Assembly (NCBI GenBank): GCA_023415575.1
Contig: JAEZKF010000027.1
Location: 9,685 to 73,684, forward strand
Source: Bacillota bacterium
GTDB taxonomy: Bacteria > Bacillota > Clostridia > Oscillospirales > Ruminococcaceae
Reading direction: 5' to 3'
DNA: 64,000 nt
Shown: in pieces, positions 47,891 through 55,594 of the stretch
How positions within the stretch are numbered: position 1 is the first letter of the stretch
Layout: the number at the start of each line of letters is the position of its first letter
Notes under the pieces: generated by a model
What the model saw: only the letters and a program-made list of their open reading frames with translations
What the model was told of the DNA's origin: nothing
Databases searched by the model: none
Position numbers and translations under genes: made by a program

Positions 47891-47935
47891 CACCCAAAAA
47901 GGGCGTAGGCGAAAGCTTACGCCCTTTTTGGGTGC
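47891..47935. terminator. Bidirectional terminator (17-bp perfect inverted repeat)
   Basis: CACCCAAAAAGGGCGTA...TACGCCCTTTTTGGGTG. Confidence 0.7.
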
Positions 47936-48221
47936 TCTTTTATCCTCATTGGGATTACTTAAGCCGAGTAAAATGCTGCTATGAGTCACAAAAGGCATAT
48001 TCGTTTCGTTGTATTGTATGGATGCATAAATTGTAAATTTACAGTGAAGCAGGGATGTCATTTGCTGCGCGGCGACCAATTGATTATCAGAGTAGATTTG
48101 TATACGCACTCCCCGACAATCTGTTTAATACCATTATTCACTCTGTTGCCTATGAGCTAGCCTGCCTTTTTGAAATATACCGCCCCGCCTGATTACATCA
48201 AGCGGGGCGGCTTTGTTATTC

Positions 48222-49358
48222 TCACTGCAGCGGAATATTCTCCATTCTTACCGTGGGCTTGGGTGTAAACCGTCCGACGAAATCCACACTTGCACATTCC
48301 TTGAGCGGCAGCTTGACGGGCTCTCCCCGCGCTGCGGAAAGGTAGATGGCAAGCACCAGCTCCAGTGCCCTGCGCCCTGCCTCGCCGTCTATGGCGGGTG
48401 GGGTGCGGGTCTTGATGGCGCGCAAAACGTCCGCGTACAGGGGCGTGTGACCAAAGCCGTAGACGTTGGGCGGGTCCTCGTGAAAAAGGGCGCAAACCTC
48501 CTCCTCCCTGTCCTTGCCGTCGGCAAACTTCCACACCTCGATGCGGTTGACCGACTTGCCCCCCGCCTTGACCGTCCCGCTCTCGCCAAAGAGGTACAAA
48601 GTCTCCTCTAAGTTACTCGGGAACACGGCGGTTGTGCCCTCAATGACACCCAACGCGCCGTTTGCAAACCGCACCAGCGCAAGGCCGACATCCTCCGCCT
48701 CGATGTAGGGGTGCACAAGGTTGTCGGTGTAGGCGAATACCTCGGCTACGTCGTCGCCCATCATCCACCTTAGTAGGTCAATATTGTGGATGCATTGGTT
48801 CATGAGAGCGCCGCCGTCTAATGCCCACCTGCCCCGCCATGGGGCCTGCTCATAGTAATCCTCCCCGCGGTGCCAGCGGATGTGGGCCGTGCCGTACAGC
48901 ATACGCGTAAATCTGCCGTCCTCCACTGCGCGGCGAATCTTTGCAATCGACTTGTTAAACCGGTTTTGGTGGCAGACCGAAAGCACCACACCGCGCTTGC
49001 GGGCGCGCGCAATCATCTCGTCCGCATCCGAAAGCGAAAGGGCCATCGGCTTTTCCACAATCACATGACACCCTGCCCCGATGCAGTCAAGGGCGATGCG
49101 GGCATGGCTGCCGCTTTCGGTGGCGATTGCGCACAGATCCGGCTCTATCTCAGCAAGCATCGTCTTGTGGTCGGTGTAAACGGGAATCTCGCCGAGGGAA
49201 AACTTTGCAATCAGCGCATGGCAAAGGGATGGGTCTAAATCGCACAGGGCAGCAATGCTAAGGCCGTTTTCGATTGCCGCGGCAATATGGTTGGGTGAAA
49301 TGCGTCCACACCCAATCAAGGCATACCGAACCTGCCTAGAGGAGTTCGATGTTGTCAC
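48222..49358 (-). CDS. Gfo/Idh/MocA oxidoreductase, WbpB-like (UDP-GlcNAcA 3-dehydrogenase candidate)
   Basis: 378 aa. N-terminal Rossmann VRYALIGCGRISPNH. Last gene of the four-gene nucleotide-sugar operon. Start uncertain, with a 23-nt overlap. Confidence 0.7.
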   Translation of the reverse strand: MTTSNSSRQVRYALIGCGRISPNHIAAAIENGLSIAALCDLDPSLCHALIAKFSLGEIPVYTDHKTMLAEIEPDLCAIATESGSHARIALDCIGAGCHVIVEKPMALSLSDADEMIARARKRGVVLSVCHQNRFNKSIAKIRRAVEDGRFTRMLYGTAHIRWHRGEDYYEQAPWRGRWALDGGALMNQCIHNIDLLRWMMGDDVAEVFAYTDNLVHPYIEAEDVGLALVRFANGALGVIEGTTAVFPSNLEETLYLFGESGTVKAGGKSVNRIEVWKFADGKDREEEVCALFHEDPPNVYGFGHTPLYADVLRAIKTRTPPAIDGEAGRRALELVLAIYLSAARGEPVKLPLKECASVDFVGRFTPKPTVRMENIPLQ

Positions 49359-50667
49359 GCGGGAACACCTCTTTCATCGCGTTTTTGGTGTCGAATACCA
49401 TATTTGCCTGCTTAGCAACCATCACATAGTCTACGTTGGTGTGGGAGGTGGTCACAATCACAAGGTCGGCCTTTGCCACCGCAGATGCCGACAGGTGCTT
49501 AAGCCCCTTTTTGGTCTTGCCCTTATAGCGGTACTCGGGCACATAGGGGTCATAATAGGTCACCACGGCCCCGCTTTGCTCTAACAGTTCAATCACGCGC
49601 AGGGCGGGGCTTTCGCGGTAATCGTCGATGTTCTGCTTATAGGCAACGCCGAGCACGAGGATCTCCGAGCCGTTGAGGGCCTTCTTTTGGCGGCTGAGTA
49701 TCTCGGATGCCCGCTGGACGCAGTAGGCGGGCATTCTGTCGTTAATCATACCCGACGCCTCAATCATCGAGGTGTGAAAACCGTATTCGCGCGCCTTCCA
49801 CGCAAGATAGTAGGGGTCAAGCGGGATACAGTGGCCGCCCAGACCCGGGCCGGGGTAAAAGGCCTGAAAGCCGTAGGGCTTTGTTTTGGCGGCATCGATG
49901 ACCTCCCAGATGTTGATGTTCATAACATGGCACAGCATGGCAAGCTCGTTGACAAGCCCAATGTTGATGTTGCGGTAGGTGTTTTCAAGTATCTTCTCCA
50001 TCTCGGCAACTTTAGGGCTTGAGACAACCAGCACATCACTGTCGAGCACCTCGCGGTACATCTGCGAGATGCAGGCGGCGGCATCCTCTCCGATTGCCCC
50101 CACCACCTTGGGGGTATTCTTGGTCTTGTATATGAGGTTGCCGGGGTCTACCCGCTCGGGGGAAAAGGCAAGGTAGAAGTCCTTGCCGCACTTAAGCCCC
50201 GAATACTCCTCAAGAATCGGCATTATAAGCTCCTCGGTTGTGCCGGGATAGGTGGTGCTTTCGAGCACAACCATCATGCCCTTTTGCAGGTACTTTGCAA
50301 CCGAGATGGCGCTTGATTTGACGTAGCTGATGTCCGGCTGCTGGTGTTCATCCAACGGTGTTGGCACACAGATGGCGACAAACTGCACCTTCTCTACAAA
50401 TGAAAAATCGTTGGTGGCGGCGAGCATCTGGTTATCCACAAGCTCCTTTAAATCATCCCCCGCAACATCTCCGATGTAGTTTTCTCCCTTGTTTACGAGC
50501 TTGACCTTCTCGGGCTGAACATCAAACCCGATGGTGCGAAAGCCCGCCTTTGCCTTTTCTACGGCAAGCGGCAGGCCGACATAGCCAAGCCCCACGACGC
50601 CCACCATGATTTTGCGCTGCTTTATCCGCTCGATTAACTCCTCGCATTGCTTGCTTATCATGCCCAT
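49336..50667 (-). CDS. Nucleotide-sugar 6-dehydrogenase, WbpA-like (UDP-GlcNAc dehydrogenase candidate)
   Basis: 443 aa. VGVVGLGYVGLPLAVEKAKAGF and GPGLGGHCIPLDPYY, which carries the catalytic Cys. Confidence 0.85.
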   Translation of the reverse strand: MGMISKQCEELIERIKQRKIMVGVVGLGYVGLPLAVEKAKAGFRTIGFDVQPEKVKLVNKGENYIGDVAGDDLKELVDNQMLAATNDFSFVEKVQFVAICVPTPLDEHQQPDISYVKSSAISVAKYLQKGMMVVLESTTYPGTTEELIMPILEEYSGLKCGKDFYLAFSPERVDPGNLIYKTKNTPKVVGAIGEDAAACISQMYREVLDSDVLVVSSPKVAEMEKILENTYRNINIGLVNELAMLCHVMNINIWEVIDAAKTKPYGFQAFYPGPGLGGHCIPLDPYYLAWKAREYGFHTSMIEASGMINDRMPAYCVQRASEILSRQKKALNGSEILVLGVAYKQNIDDYRESPALRVIELLEQSGAVVTYYDPYVPEYRYKGKTKKGLKHLSASAVAKADLVIVTTSHTNVDYVMVAKQANMVFDTKNAMKEVFPRDNIELL

Positions 50668-50690
50668 TCCTCCGCTTTTATCCTCTATGG

Positions 50691-51323
50691 CTATCGTTTG
50701 CTCGGCCGCCTTCTTACTAAGGCTACCTTTCTTGCCTGCTCGGTTGTTTTACTGTGTGTCTCTGAAACCATCTCGTTTTCCATGCGAAAGTGTTTGCCGC
50801 ACAAAGCGCAGTGGGCACTATCGTGCTCAAAGTCAAGTCTTCCGCCGCAGGCGCAGACATAGCCTGTCTGTCGGGCGGGATTACCCATCACAACGGCGTA
50901 ATCGGGCACATCCTTGGTAACGACAGCCCCTGCCCCGACAAGCGCATACCGGCCGATGGTCACGCCGCACAGGATGGTGGCGTTTGCCCCGATGCTTGCC
51001 CCGGTGCGCACAAGGGTTTTGCGAAACTCCTCCTTGCGCTCGATAAAGGCGCGCGGGTTGATAACGTTGGTAAATACGCAGGATGGCCCTAGGAACACAC
51101 CGTCCTCACACTCCACACCCGTGTAGATGGAGACGTTGTTCTGCACCTTGACCCCATGCCCGAGGATGGCCCCGGGTGCTACCACGACGTTTTGCCCGAT
51201 GCGGCAGTTCTCGCCGATGATGGCCCCCTTCATGATGTGGCAGAAGTGCCAGATCACCGTATCGCGGCCGATGGTGCAGGGTGTTTCGATATAGCTTGAT
51301 TCATGTGCATAATATTCGCTCAC
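50691..51323 (-). CDS. Left-handed beta-helix N-acetyltransferase, WbpD/WlbB-like
   Basis: 210 aa. Hexapeptide repeats and ...[69 protein letters not shown]. Confidence 0.8.
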   Translation of the reverse strand: MSEYYAHESSYIETPCTIGRDTVIWHFCHIMKGAIIGENCRIGQNVVVAPGAILGHGVKVQNNVSIYTGVECEDGVFLGPSCVFTNVINPRAFIERKEEFRKTLVRTGASIGANATILCGVTIGRYALVGAGAVVTKDVPDYAVVMGNPARQTGYVCACGGRLDFEHDSAHCALCGKHFRMENEMVSETHSKTTEQARKVALVRRRPSKR

Positions 51324-52534
51324 CGGTAAAACTCCTTTATGTTGTCCGCGACGTACCAGCGTTCAAGCTCGGTCATCTGCGCAAACAATGGGATTGCTAC
51401 CGCACTGCGGCTTAATTCCTCCGCTACCGGGAAATCCCCCTGCCGGTAGCCGAGAGACCGAAAGGCCGGCTGCAGATGCAGCGGTACAGGATAGTATACC
51501 GCAGTTAAAATCCCCTTATCCGCTAAAAAGGCACGCAGCTTGTCTCTATCTTTTGCGCGTAAAACAAACATATGCCATGCGTGGGCGTTGGGGTTATCCG
51601 CCTTGGGCAGGGTGATGCCGTCTATCCCGGCAAGGGCTTGCGTATAGAACTTTGCAATTTCCCGCCTGCGCTGCAAAAAGCTGTCTAGGTGCCTTAGCTT
51701 TACGCGCAAGATGGTCGCCTGAACCTCATCAAGCCGCGAGTTATATCCAATCAGATGGTTGTGGTACTTGCTTAAAGCCGTTTCCTGGGTTACCTCGGTC
51801 AAGGGCGCCCCGTCTTCTTCACGGCAGGATGTGCCTGTGTGCTTGTGGTTTTCCACCCATTTTGCGGCCAGCCTGCCCGCCTCTCCCCCGCCGTGGGCGC
51901 GAAGTCCCCGCGCGATGTCGGCAACGCAGTCGTAATCAGTCACTATGATGCCGCCGTCGCCCGCACAGGCAAGGTTTTTTGTGGGGAAAAAGGAAAAACA
52001 CGCAGCATCCGAAAGACTGCCCGCCATCCGCCCCTTATACCATGCCCCCGCCGCCTGACAGGCATCCTCGATGACATACAGGCCCCTGCGTTTTGCGAAG
52101 ATGTTGATTTCGTCCATATCCGCGCACTGGCCAAAGATGTGCACCGCAAGAATTGCCTTGGTGCGGTCTGTCACATGGTCTGCAAGCTTACTCGGGTCGA
52201 TATTGTAGGTGTCCGGCTTTACATCACAAAAGACCGGCACGGCACCAACCGCTGCAATCGCCTCGGCTGTGGCAAAGAAGGTATATGGAGTGGTGATGAC
52301 CTCATCCCCCGGGCCGATGCACAGGCTGCGCAGGGCAATGCACAAGGCGTCGGTGCCGTTTGCCACCCCCACCGCATGCGAAACACCGACATAGTCCGCA
52401 AAGGCGCGCTCAAACTCCCGCACGTTCTCGCCGAGGATGTACTTACCCGAAGCAAGCGTCTCGCACACGGCGCGCTCACACTCTTCGCACACCTCGGCAT
52501 ACTCCCGCACGGGCGATACAAGCTCTATGGGCAT
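51320..52534 (-). CDS. DegT/DnrJ/EryC1/StrS aminotransferase, WbpE-like
   Basis: Start at ATG 52534 ([15 protein letters not shown]) behind an AAAGGAG ribosome binding site. FFPTKNL with the PLP lysine. 4-nt overlap with the acetyltransferase gene. Confidence 0.85.
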   Translation of the reverse strand: MPIELVSPVREYAEVCEECERAVCETLASGKYILGENVREFERAFADYVGVSHAVGVANGTDALCIALRSLCIGPGDEVITTPYTFFATAEAIAAVGAVPVFCDVKPDTYNIDPSKLADHVTDRTKAILAVHIFGQCADMDEINIFAKRRGLYVIEDACQAAGAWYKGRMAGSLSDAACFSFFPTKNLACAGDGGIIVTDYDCVADIARGLRAHGGGEAGRLAAKWVENHKHTGTSCREEDGAPLTEVTQETALSKYHNHLIGYNSRLDEVQATILRVKLRHLDSFLQRRREIAKFYTQALAGIDGITLPKADNPNAHAWHMFVLRAKDRDKLRAFLADKGILTAVYYPVPLHLQPAFRSLGYRQGDFPVAEELSRSAVAIPLFAQMTELERWYVADNIKEFYR

Positions 52535-52755
52535 GGCACGACTCCTTTCGTCATCCGGCGCCGCAACCGGCACCGAGAAAAAATAAGGTATACCAATATC
52601 TTTAAGTAAACCGCGCCAAAATATGCAGAGCCCATGGTAATTTCCCAAGGGAAAATCCCACGGAAAGCTCACGGATTTTCGGCATAAAAAAGGCCGCCCT
52701 GTGGGGGCAACTGGACTTCCATTAAAAAGATAAACCGAACAACCATTTTTCATAA

Positions 52756-52782
52756 ACAAAAAGGAGCCACACCGTGGCTCCT
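52756..52782 (-). terminator. Intrinsic terminator after the HEPN gene
   Basis: Minus strand: AGGAGCCAC-ggtg-GTGGCTCCT followed by TTTTTG. Confidence 0.65.
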
Positions 52783-52810
52783 TTTATGTATGTCTATTTC
52801 GCTTTTGCGT

Positions 52811-53284
52811 TCAGGCTTCGCTTTCAAGCATGCTCACAAAGTCAAGCGGCTCGTTATCGTCTGCGTTTTCCTCCTCTTCCTCCACCTGCTGGCAGATGAA
52901 GTCGTACATCTCGCGGGCGGTCTTGCAGATAAACTCGATGCGCTCGCGGGAGATGGTAAACGGGACGTCGGTCGGGTACCGCGTTTCAATGTAGTACCGG
53001 TTAAGGGTTGCACTCTCATCCAGCCACTGCTCAAACGCGCGGTCGTACCTTAACGCCTGACGGCACAGCCAGGTTAAGTTGTGGCCGTCCACCAGCCGGT
53101 CGGATGCCACCAGCAAAAAGGACTTGAGCGCCTTTTCTATCGTCTGCTGACAGTGAAAGGCGCACATGTTGTAGCAGTCGGCATGCTCAAGCAGAATCTC
53201 TGCTGCGTGCATATCCTCCCCCGCCTTTTGCAGCCAATCGAGATACCGTCGGCTGTCTCCTGTTCGGGTTCGCCGTCTGCTCAT
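52811..53284 (-). CDS. HEPN domain protein (toxin candidate of the MNT-HEPN pair)
   Basis: 157 aa. Rx4H motif in SDRLVDGHNL, a YYIETRYP motif, and an acidic C-terminal tail. Confidence 0.75.
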   Translation of the reverse strand: MSRRRTRTGDSRRYLDWLQKAGEDMHAAEILLEHADCYNMCAFHCQQTIEKALKSFLLVASDRLVDGHNLTWLCRQALRYDRAFEQWLDESATLNRYYIETRYPTDVPFTISRERIEFICKTAREMYDFICQQVEEEEENADDNEPLDFVSMLESEA

Positions 53285-53586
53285 AGCACCACAACCCCCG
53301 TTTCGTTTATGATGCTTGCAAACGAATGGGGGGTATTCACAAGTTCATTCCACTCTGCAGGGGTATAGATGACCACATCAAAGGGGACTTCCGAATCGAT
53401 GCCGAGGTAGATGCGCTTTTCCACCTTGCTTTTGTCGTCGGTGTCCACCACTACGCACAGCTTAAAGCTTATCAGCTTACCCGCAATGCCCTTCTTCTGG
53501 TTAAACAGAATGATGTGCTCGGGGTTTACACCGGCCTCAATCTCACTTGCCACACGGCGTATGCTTTCAAAAAGCTCCTGCTCCAT
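53281..53586 (-). CDS. Minimal nucleotidyltransferase-like protein (antitoxin candidate), divergent motifs
   Basis: 101 aa. 4-nt overlap with the HEPN gene. IILFNQKKG...CVVVDTDD occupies the place of the usual LFGS...DxD. Confidence 0.6.
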   Translation of the reverse strand: MEQELFESIRRVASEIEAGVNPEHIILFNQKKGIAGKLISFKLCVVVDTDDKSKVEKRIYLGIDSEVPFDVVIYTPAEWNELVNTPHSFASIINETGVVVL

Positions 53587-53667
53587 CCCAAAGCCCCTCC
53601 GTCTTGTTAAGCCGACGGGATTTTCTCCGTCTGCATTGTGCCTTGCTGCGTAGACACTATATAGTAT

Positions 53668-54246
53668 TTACTTAGATGCGACCTTTTTAACCGCGGGAAT
53701 CACTGCAAGGGCAAGTGCGCCGCCAATTAAAGCTGTAACAAACTGCGGGTAAGAGAACATCATCGAAAGCTTCTCGGCAACCTGAGGCTTGATTTCAGGC
53801 ACCAAGGTAAGCAGGGCGGGCACGCTCAGCCACAGGAAAACGCATTTTGCTGCAGCACCCACTACAATACCTGCAATGCCCAGCACCCCATAGGGCTTTT
53901 GGTCCTTCTTTGCGGCAAGGCTGAAAAAGACCCATGTCACAAGCACGATAACCACGTTGCCAAGTGCGACTGCCGGGGTAATGATGGTCTGACCCTGAAT
54001 GCCCAAAACAAGCGCAAGCACGGCGGAAAGTACGCCGACGGCAACACCGCTCCAAAGGCCGACTACGGCGGCGGTCAGAATCAGAATCATATTAACAAGC
54101 GAGCCGGTGATAAGCTGGGTAATGCTCATGGGGCCAAGTATAACCGCCCCTGCGGGGATGAGCTTACTGCCGATAAACTGTGCAACCACAAGCAGCGCCA
54201 GCATCAAACCGGTGCGCGCAATCCAAAGCGTTGATTTGTTCTTCAT
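53668..54246 (-). CDS. Small polytopic membrane protein, ECF-transporter S-component-like
   Basis: 192 aa from ATG 54246 (AAGGAG, 8 nt). About six hydrophobic helices, MKNKSTLWIARTGLMLALLVVAQFIG.... Family not identified. Confidence 0.45.
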   Translation of the reverse strand: MKNKSTLWIARTGLMLALLVVAQFIGSKLIPAGAVILGPMSITQLITGSLVNMILILTAAVVGLWSGVAVGVLSAVLALVLGIQGQTIITPAVALGNVVIVLVTWVFFSLAAKKDQKPYGVLGIAGIVVGAAAKCVFLWLSVPALLTLVPEIKPQVAEKLSMMFSYPQFVTALIGGALALAVIPAVKKVASK

Positions 54247-54397
54247 AATCATTTCTCCTTCTTTTGTCTGGGACGCATCTGCCAAAGATGTCCCGGTGAA
54301 AATTTGCAGCGGCTTACCATATATACATCATCTCGCTGCACTAAATGTGTACGCCGCTATGCGGCCTGCGAGAACCGTATATCGCTCTTCGGCTTTA
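54247..54397 (-). promoter_or_regulatory. Structured 5' leader, riboswitch/attenuator candidate of unknown class
   Basis: Minus strand has nested helices AUAUAC/GUAUAU and UCUCGC/GCGAGA enclosing the GCCGC-aua-GCGGC hairpin. A competing hairpin UGCAGCG-22 nt-CGCUGCA plus AAUUUUC (54340-54297) shares GCG with the inner helix. A GGGACAUCU...AGAUGCGUCCC hairpin sits before the ribosome binding site. Confidence 0.35.
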
Positions 54398-54426
54398 ATC
54401 ATAGTTCCTTATATACCTGATGTCAA
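54398..54426 (-). promoter_or_regulatory. Candidate sigma-70 promoter (minus strand)
   Basis: TTGACA (54426-54421), 17 nt, TATGAT (54403-54398). Confidence 0.5.
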
Positions 54427-54453
54427 GTTACTTAATCACAAAGCGTACAGCAA

Positions 54454-54482
54454 TTGACAATGCTATCCTGCCGGAGTATAAT
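54454..54482 (+). promoter_or_regulatory. Consensus sigma-70 promoter (plus strand), divergent from the previous one
   Basis: TTGACA (54454-54459), 17 nt, TATAAT (54477-54482). Confidence 0.6.
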
Positions 54483-54515
54483 ATGGCTAAATTTAAGTGA
54501 AAGGTGGTGAGAGGT

Positions 54516-54716
54516 ATGAATTTATCGACCATAGTTAGCGGTGGTAGTGTGTTCAATCGCTGCGACATGATTCACGGCATTTCATTTGCAAATGCGGCGA
54601 AATGGGATAGGTCTGCCCTTTTACCCATTATTTGCGCGAATTTTGCCCTTTTACGGGATAATTGCGCCCATTTATACCGTTATGAATACCTCTCGCCGCA
54701 TACCAGTCCGGTTTAA
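54516..54716 (+). CDS. Candidate 66-codon small ORF in the ABC-2 leader
   Basis: AAGGTGG, 8 nt, then ATG 54516. Encodes MNLSTIVSGGSVFNRCDMIHGISFANAAKWDRSALLPIICANFALLRDNCAHLYRYEYLSPHTSPV. Codon usage (TTA x4, ATA, AGG) is atypical for this window, so coding status is doubtful. Confidence 0.3.
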   Translation: MNLSTIVSGGSVFNRCDMIHGISFANAAKWDRSALLPIICANFALLRDNCAHLYRYEYLSPHTSPV

Positions 54717-54759
54717 ACGCCGCCTTTAACGGTTACCTCAATCGGATATGTACTGCTCT

Positions 54760-54794
54760 GCCCGGGTATTCAAACGGTTACCCGGGCATTTTTA
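54760..54794 (+). terminator. Intrinsic terminator inside the leader, 30 nt before the ABC-2 genes
   Basis: GCCCGGGTA-10 nt-TACCCGGGC followed by ATTTTTAT. Confidence 0.6.
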
Positions 54795-54826
54795 TGCCCA
54801 CTTGAACCAAAAGGAGCATGCTACAC

Positions 54827-55594
54827 ATGAATAAATATCTCAAAACCGCCTGGATGTCCTGCCTTGAAAAGACAAACGGCGGTGTACTATACCTTGTACC
54901 CGATGTAATTATAAAAATCGCAACGCTGATTCCTCAGGTCTTTTTGTGGCGGGTGGTGATGTCAGCCGGTGTGGATGTCGGCATGACCATGACCCAGATG
55001 CTCACCTATACCTATGTCAGCGCCCTTTTATCCAGTATGATGGTAGTCAAAACACCCGCGACGGGGTGGCTGAGCGAAGGCGTTCTGCTGCGCCTGTACG
55101 GGCGCCCCTATTCGGTAATCGGCCAGCTCATTGCCCAGACGGTAGGCGGGTGGCTGCCCATGCTCGGGATGTTCTCCCTGCCCATGGCCGTAGTGGCACC
55201 CGCTCTGGGGGTAAACCTCATCCCAGCAACGCCCTGGTTTTTTGCAAGCCTTGTGTTGTGCGTTTCCTTAGGCTTTGCCATCGACCTGCTGTTTGCCTGC
55301 CTTTGCATTAAGCTGCGCAACATGAACTGGCTTGTCGACCGCATACGGGCTGCCATTGTCGCCTTCTTTTCAGGCACAATCATTCCGGTTCGATTGCTGC
55401 CCCTTGGCATCGGCGAGGTCATGCAGTACCAGCCCTTTGCCTGCCTCGGAGGCGCTCCCCTCACCCTGTTTACGGGGGCAGCCTCCCCTTGGGAAATCCT
55501 GCCGCTTCAGCTTATCTGGAACCTCATTCTATGGCCGGTTTCCCTGTTTGTCTTTAAAAAATCACAGGAAGGAGTGGTCTCCTATGGCGGGTAG
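54827..55594 (+). CDS. ABC-2 type transporter permease
   Basis: AAAGGAG, 10 nt, then ATG 54827 (MNKYLKTAWMS). Six hydrophobic segments. Confidence 0.75.
   Translation: MNKYLKTAWMSCLEKTNGGVLYLVPDVIIKIATLIPQVFLWRVVMSAGVDVGMTMTQMLTYTYVSALLSSMMVVKTPATGWLSEGVLLRLYGRPYSVIGQLIAQTVGGWLPMLGMFSLPMAVVAPALGVNLIPATPWFFASLVLCVSLGFAIDLLFACLCIKLRNMNWLVDRIRAAIVAFFSGTIIPVRLLPLGIGEVMQYQPFACLGGAPLTLFTGAASPWEILPLQLIWNLILWPVSLFVFKKSQEGVVSYGG

Noticed and set aside
47543-48109. 188-aa minus-strand ORF overlapping the secreted-protein gene and the following gap
   Set aside because: It is antisense to a gene with a clear signal peptide and crosses a strong bidirectional terminator. It has no ribosome binding site.
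54483-54826. Possible match of the ABC-2 leader to a known riboswitch (c-di-GMP-II, SAM, T-box, TPP)
   Set aside because: I saw only a short chance resemblance, GGTTACC...AATCGG versus the c-di-GMP-II 3' region. The conserved 5' ACGCAC element and the other core elements of the classes I can recall are absent. It is kept as an unknown leader rather than assigned.
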